The position numbers and the translations under genes were made by a program. The notes beneath the pieces were generated by a model. It made no database searches, had not been told where the DNA came from, and saw only the letters and a program-made list of their open reading frames with translations. Source: Candidatus Pacearchaeota archaeon (GTDB lineage: Archaea; Nanobdellota; Nanobdellia; Pacearchaeales; GW2011-AR1). From it: DNA of 64,000 nt. The stretch is taken from positions 65,411-129,410 of the forward strand of contig JAGVWX010000019.1 of the NCBI GenBank assembly GCA_018304105.1. Direction: 5' to 3'. This document shows, piece by piece, positions 63,082 to 64,000 of the stretch (position 1 is its first letter; every line of letters starts with the position of its first letter).

Positions 63082-63297
63082 ACTAGTGTGATTATACAAT
63101 AGTCACACCAAAAATAGCTAAATTAATTGTAATAACGACGACAAATAATAAATCTTTATTAGATTCTATTTGTAATCTGAATTACTGTTTACGAATATTC
63201 TAAAACTTATGCCCGTATAAATTCAAGATGTTAACTCAAAATTTAGCTAATTTCCAAGAGCCTCTTTGTGGCTGGGACGATATGCTCATACTTTTAA

Positions 63298-64000
63298 TCA
63301 AGCGACTGGCTTTTTCTTAATTACTTTTACAGCGACGTTCTTCCCAAATCTTGCAAGATTCATGCTTTTCCTAATCAGAAGCTCATAAATCGCAAAGAAC
63401 GCGAGAATCGAGCCCGCGATTGCCGAGAAAATAATTGCATAATCCTTAATTTTGTTTATGGTCGGAACAGGCCTTGCTGTGTCTGTTTTGTTTTTCTGAT
63501 AATTATACTCTTCTTCTGCCAGCCTTAGGTTTGAGATTGCGCCGTTTAGGTTTTTGCTAAAGACGCTTGTTTCAGCATCTCTCAAAAACTTCTTCAGATC
63601 GTCTAATTTTATGCTTGAAACATCATAGTCTTGGTCTTTTTTCTCAGATATTTCTAATTCTAACGAAGCATATTCTGTTTTTAATTCTTCGATTTGCTGA
63701 GAAATGTTCTCTAGTTTTTTCTGTTCTTCTTCTGCATTGCTTAACACTCTTTCATTCGGGTCTGTTACTGTTATATTTTTGTAGAATATTTTTCTGTCTA
63801 TTCTTAACGTTAACGTTATGTTCCCGCTTTCTCTCAGGTTTCCATAGGCAATTATGTAAGACCTTTCTCCAGGTGAAAGCGAATCTATTGGAACGATGTC
63901 ATAACTTGAGAATCCTCTTCCTGAAACGAGTGCGATTATATTATTTATTGTTTCATTTCCTTCATTCTTTATTTGTATGCTGAATTGCACGTCTCCAACT
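63298..64000 (-). CDS. Coiled-coil protein with C-terminal TM anchor (5' end probably beyond right edge)
   Basis: Frame still open at 64000; beta-rich N part, EEQKKLENISQQIEELKTEYASLELEISEK coiled coil, TM AIIFSAIAGSILAFFAIYELL. Confidence 0.55.
   Translation of the reverse strand, partial: VGDVQFSIQIKNEGNETINNIIALVSGRGFSSYDIVPIDSLSPGERSYIIAYGNLRESGNITLTLRIDRKIFYKNITVTDPNERVLSNAEEEQKKLENISQQIEELKTEYASLELEISEKKDQDYDVSSIKLDDLKKFLRDAETSVFSKNLNGAISNLRLAEEEYNYQKNKTDTARPVPTINKIKDYAIIFSAIAGSILAFFAIYELLIRKSMNLARFGKNVAVKVIKKKPVA

Overview
AT-rich, tightly packed window with genes on both strands. I ran no homology search; every call comes from reading motifs in the translations and the DNA.

Organism: a small-genome archaeon, probably DPANN-like (inference). 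Supporting signals:
- RtcB plus archease, a Cdc48/VCP double-AAA ATPase and a TFIIS-type Zn-ribbon factor.
- Two ER/archaeal-type signal peptidases and pilin-like class III signal peptides.
- TATA boxes about 25-30 nt upstream of starts and tRNAs, and tRNAs without encoded CCA.

Core content:
- Sugar-phosphate and glycolytic genes: ROK glucokinase, PfkB kinase, class I FBP aldolase, TIM, GAPDH, PGK, NagB.
- LOG-family protein, ABC-2 exporter, Topo IA, cupredoxin, VKOR.
- Three tRNAs: Ile-GAT, Gly-CCC, Lys-CTT.

Accessory content:
- HEPN/MNT, VapBC, RelE-type and DUF4258/DUF2283-like pairs, and a decayed MazEF pair.
- One IS200-type tnpA and a tyrosine-integrase N-terminal fragment beside an inverted-repeat-flanked lipoprotein gene.
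- An intact stand-alone GGDEF cyclase.
- Many large Asn/Cys-rich secreted proteins, including three HExxH proteases.
- About a dozen small orphan genes with atypical R/G/Q-rich composition.

Most unusual, all seen directly in the sequence:
1. tRNA-Lys and tRNA-Ile are each preceded by a promoter-proximal copy of their own first 23 nt, fused to a conserved hairpin and an AACCACAC box.
2. Two roughly 195-bp units downstream of tRNA-Ile each end in the tRNA 3'-terminal 11-13 nt.
3. A family of modular GC-core intergenic elements has terminal inverted repeats.
4. The motif ATAGCTT(C/A)AATT occurs 12 times, always on the + strand.
5. A 29-bp tandem array grows out of the 3' end of a wHTH gene.
6. 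Two operons of giant secreted proteins: three ATGA-coupled genes at 32072-36122, and 59313-62908 with an embedded SipW-like signal peptidase.
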